Shown here: positions 62,426 through 64,000 of the stretch, one piece after another
Position numbering within the stretch: the first letter of the stretch is position 1
Layout: every line of letters starts with the position of its first letter
Source: a bacterium
GTDB taxonomy: Bacteria > Patescibacteriota > Minisyncoccia > Phycocordibacterales > UBA5272
Length of the DNA: 64,000 nt
Reading direction: 5' to 3'
Assembly (NCBI GenBank): GCA_043719155.1
Contig: JAYSUJ010000022.1
Coordinates: forward strand, 10,448-74,447
Program-made: the position numbers and the translations under genes
Notes under the pieces: model-generated
Database searches by the model: none
The model's input: only the letters and a program-made list of their open reading frames with translations
What the model was told of the DNA's origin: nothing

Positions 62426-62574
62426 TTAGGGCTATCTGCCGTAAACCTTAGAACGAGTCCAAGGTGGGAACCGCAAGATAAACTAATATTTGTGCGAGTA
62501 AACGCGCAGCAAGTTGACCTAATATGAAGCTCCCTTAAAATATTTTGTAAAGTTTTATAAACAAATAGCCCTGT
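62426..62574 (-). ncRNA. ssrS: Probable 6S RNA
   Basis: Terminal stem AGGGCTATTTG/CAGATAGCCCT, inner GGGAGC/GGTTCCC stem, CCCACC and ACGGCA motifs, promoter TTGCAA-17-TAAAAT (62608-62580), downstream terminator. Confidence 0.72.
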
Positions 62575-62672
62575 AAATTATTTTATGCTTATTTTTATTT
62601 TTTTGCAATATTGACGCTAGGTACAATGTGTAAAACTATAAAAGTAAAGTTGACTTTTATTTTAAAATAAAA

Positions 62673-64000
62673 TTAACTTAAAACAAGTTCCCCTTTTTTG
62701 ACTGACAAATTTACTACCTTTTCCTTTTTAGACATGTTGGACACTATTTGTAATGCAATTGGGTTTAGAATTTGCTTTTGTATAACTCTTTTTATAGGTC
62801 TGGCACCGTAGTGAGGGTCATAGCCAAGTTCAGCGATTTTTGCAACCACGTCTGACGTATATTTTAGATTAACATTTTTAGCTTTTAGTCTTTCTGACAA
62901 TTCCTTTATCTGTATTTCTACAATACTTTTTATAATTTCCTTACTTAATACATCAAAAACAATAATGTCATCAAGTCTATTTAAAAACTCTGGCCTGAAA
63001 AAGTCTTTCAAAGAATCAAGAACCTTGTCTTTCATCCCAGTGTAGTCACTCTCTGGTTTCGAGTTAAAACCAAAAGTTTCCATTTTATTTATAAACTGCG
63101 ACCCAATGTTGGAAGTTAAGACTATTATACAATTTTTAAAGTTTACATATCTACCTTTACTATCTTTTAAACGCCCTTCGTCTAAAACTTGCAACAATAA
63201 GTTAAAAACTTCTGGGTGAGCTTTTTCCACTTCGTCAAAAAGAATAACCGAGTATGGCCTATGTCGTACCGCTTCAGTTAGTTGCCCCGCCTCGTCAAAA
63301 CCAACATAACCAGGTGGTGCACCAACCAGTTTAGAGACAGAATGTTTTTCCATATATTCACTCATGTCAACTCGTATCAGAGATTTTTCATCGTTAAACA
63401 TAAACTCAGCCAAAGCCTTGGTGAGCTCTGTCTTACCAACACCTGTTGGACCTAAAAAGATGAAGGAACCGATAGGCTTGTTGGGGTCTCCGATGCCCAC
63501 ACGACTACGGCGTATAGCGTCCGAAACTTTTTTTACAGCTTCATCTTGCCCAACCACTCTTTCGTGTAGATATGACTCCATTCTTTTAAGCTTATCCGCT
63601 TCATCTTCCAACATTCTTACTACTGGTATGCCAGTCCAACTCGCTACCACTTTTGCAATGTCCTCTCCTGAAACATCTTCTTTTAAAACACGCCCAATAT
63701 TTTTTTGCACTTTTTTAAGTTTAGCCATTTTTATCTCTAATTGCTTTTTAGCTTCAGGAATTTTACCATATCTTATTTCAGCAATTTTTGACAAGTCCGA
63801 AACCGCTTCAGCTTGTTCACTTTCTTTTCTAAAATTATCCAAGTCGGTTTTTATTTGACGAATGGCATCCAAAATATCTTTTTCACTCTTCCACTGCGTT
63901 TCCGTTGGCTCTATTTCAGTTTTTACTTTCTGGATTTCGCTTTCGATTTCCATAACTTTTTGAGTTAAAGCTTTTATATTTTTATTTTTAGTTTCTTTCA
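62673..64000 (-). CDS. clpB: ClpB chaperone, C-terminal part (runs off window end)
   Basis: Middle domain AEIRYGKIP, GPTGVGKT, DEVEKAH, YGARP; frame open to window edge. Confidence 0.93.
   Translation of the reverse strand, partial: KETKNKNIKALTQKVMEIESEIQKVKTEIEPTETQWKSEKDILDAIRQIKTDLDNFRKESEQAEAVSDLSKIAEIRYGKIPEAKKQLEIKMAKLKKVQKNIGRVLKEDVSGEDIAKVVASWTGIPVVRMLEDEADKLKRMESYLHERVVGQDEAVKKVSDAIRRSRVGIGDPNKPIGSFIFLGPTGVGKTELTKALAEFMFNDEKSLIRVDMSEYMEKHSVSKLVGAPPGYVGFDEAGQLTEAVRHRPYSVILFDEVEKAHPEVFNLLLQVLDEGRLKDSKGRYVNFKNCIIVLTSNIGSQFINKMETFGFNSKPESDYTGMKDKVLDSLKDFFRPEFLNRLDDIIVFDVLSKEIIKSIVEIQIKELSERLKAKNVNLKYTSDVVAKIAELGYDPHYGARPIKRVIQKQILNPIALQIVSNMSKKEKVVNLSVKKGELVLS

Overview
AT-rich bacterial chromosome segment that reads like a Patescibacteria/CPR (Parcubacteria-type) genome; this assignment is inferred from the gene mix, the compact packing and standard code 11. 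Nearly all housekeeping genes are on the minus strand: dnaJ-dnaK-grpE, tgt, malic enzyme, a split F1Fo ATP synthase operon, gatCA, ligA, a minor-pilin cluster with prepilin peptidase, dnaG, pheA, rpoBC, mnmA, mltG, leuS, ychF, nrdAB, uvrC and clpB. RNA genes are tRNA-Cys, tRNA-Leu and a probable 6S RNA. The most striking feature is a dispersed set of at least 11 self-contained mini-gene cassettes between core genes, 10 of them on the opposite (+) strand. Each has a sigma70-type promoter, a Shine-Dalgarno site, one short orphan ORF that is usually more GC-rich, and an intrinsic terminator; some also have a 5' stem-loop. The resident genes instead have leaderless or A-rich SD-less starts. Other notable items are REP-like palindromes inserted in frame in pheA, mnmA and uvrC, a Nudix domain inside LeuRS, a class Ic (Mn/Fe-type) RNR beta subunit, a HExxH gene inside the atp operon, and Ala(-1) prepilins beside a GxAD prepilin peptidase.
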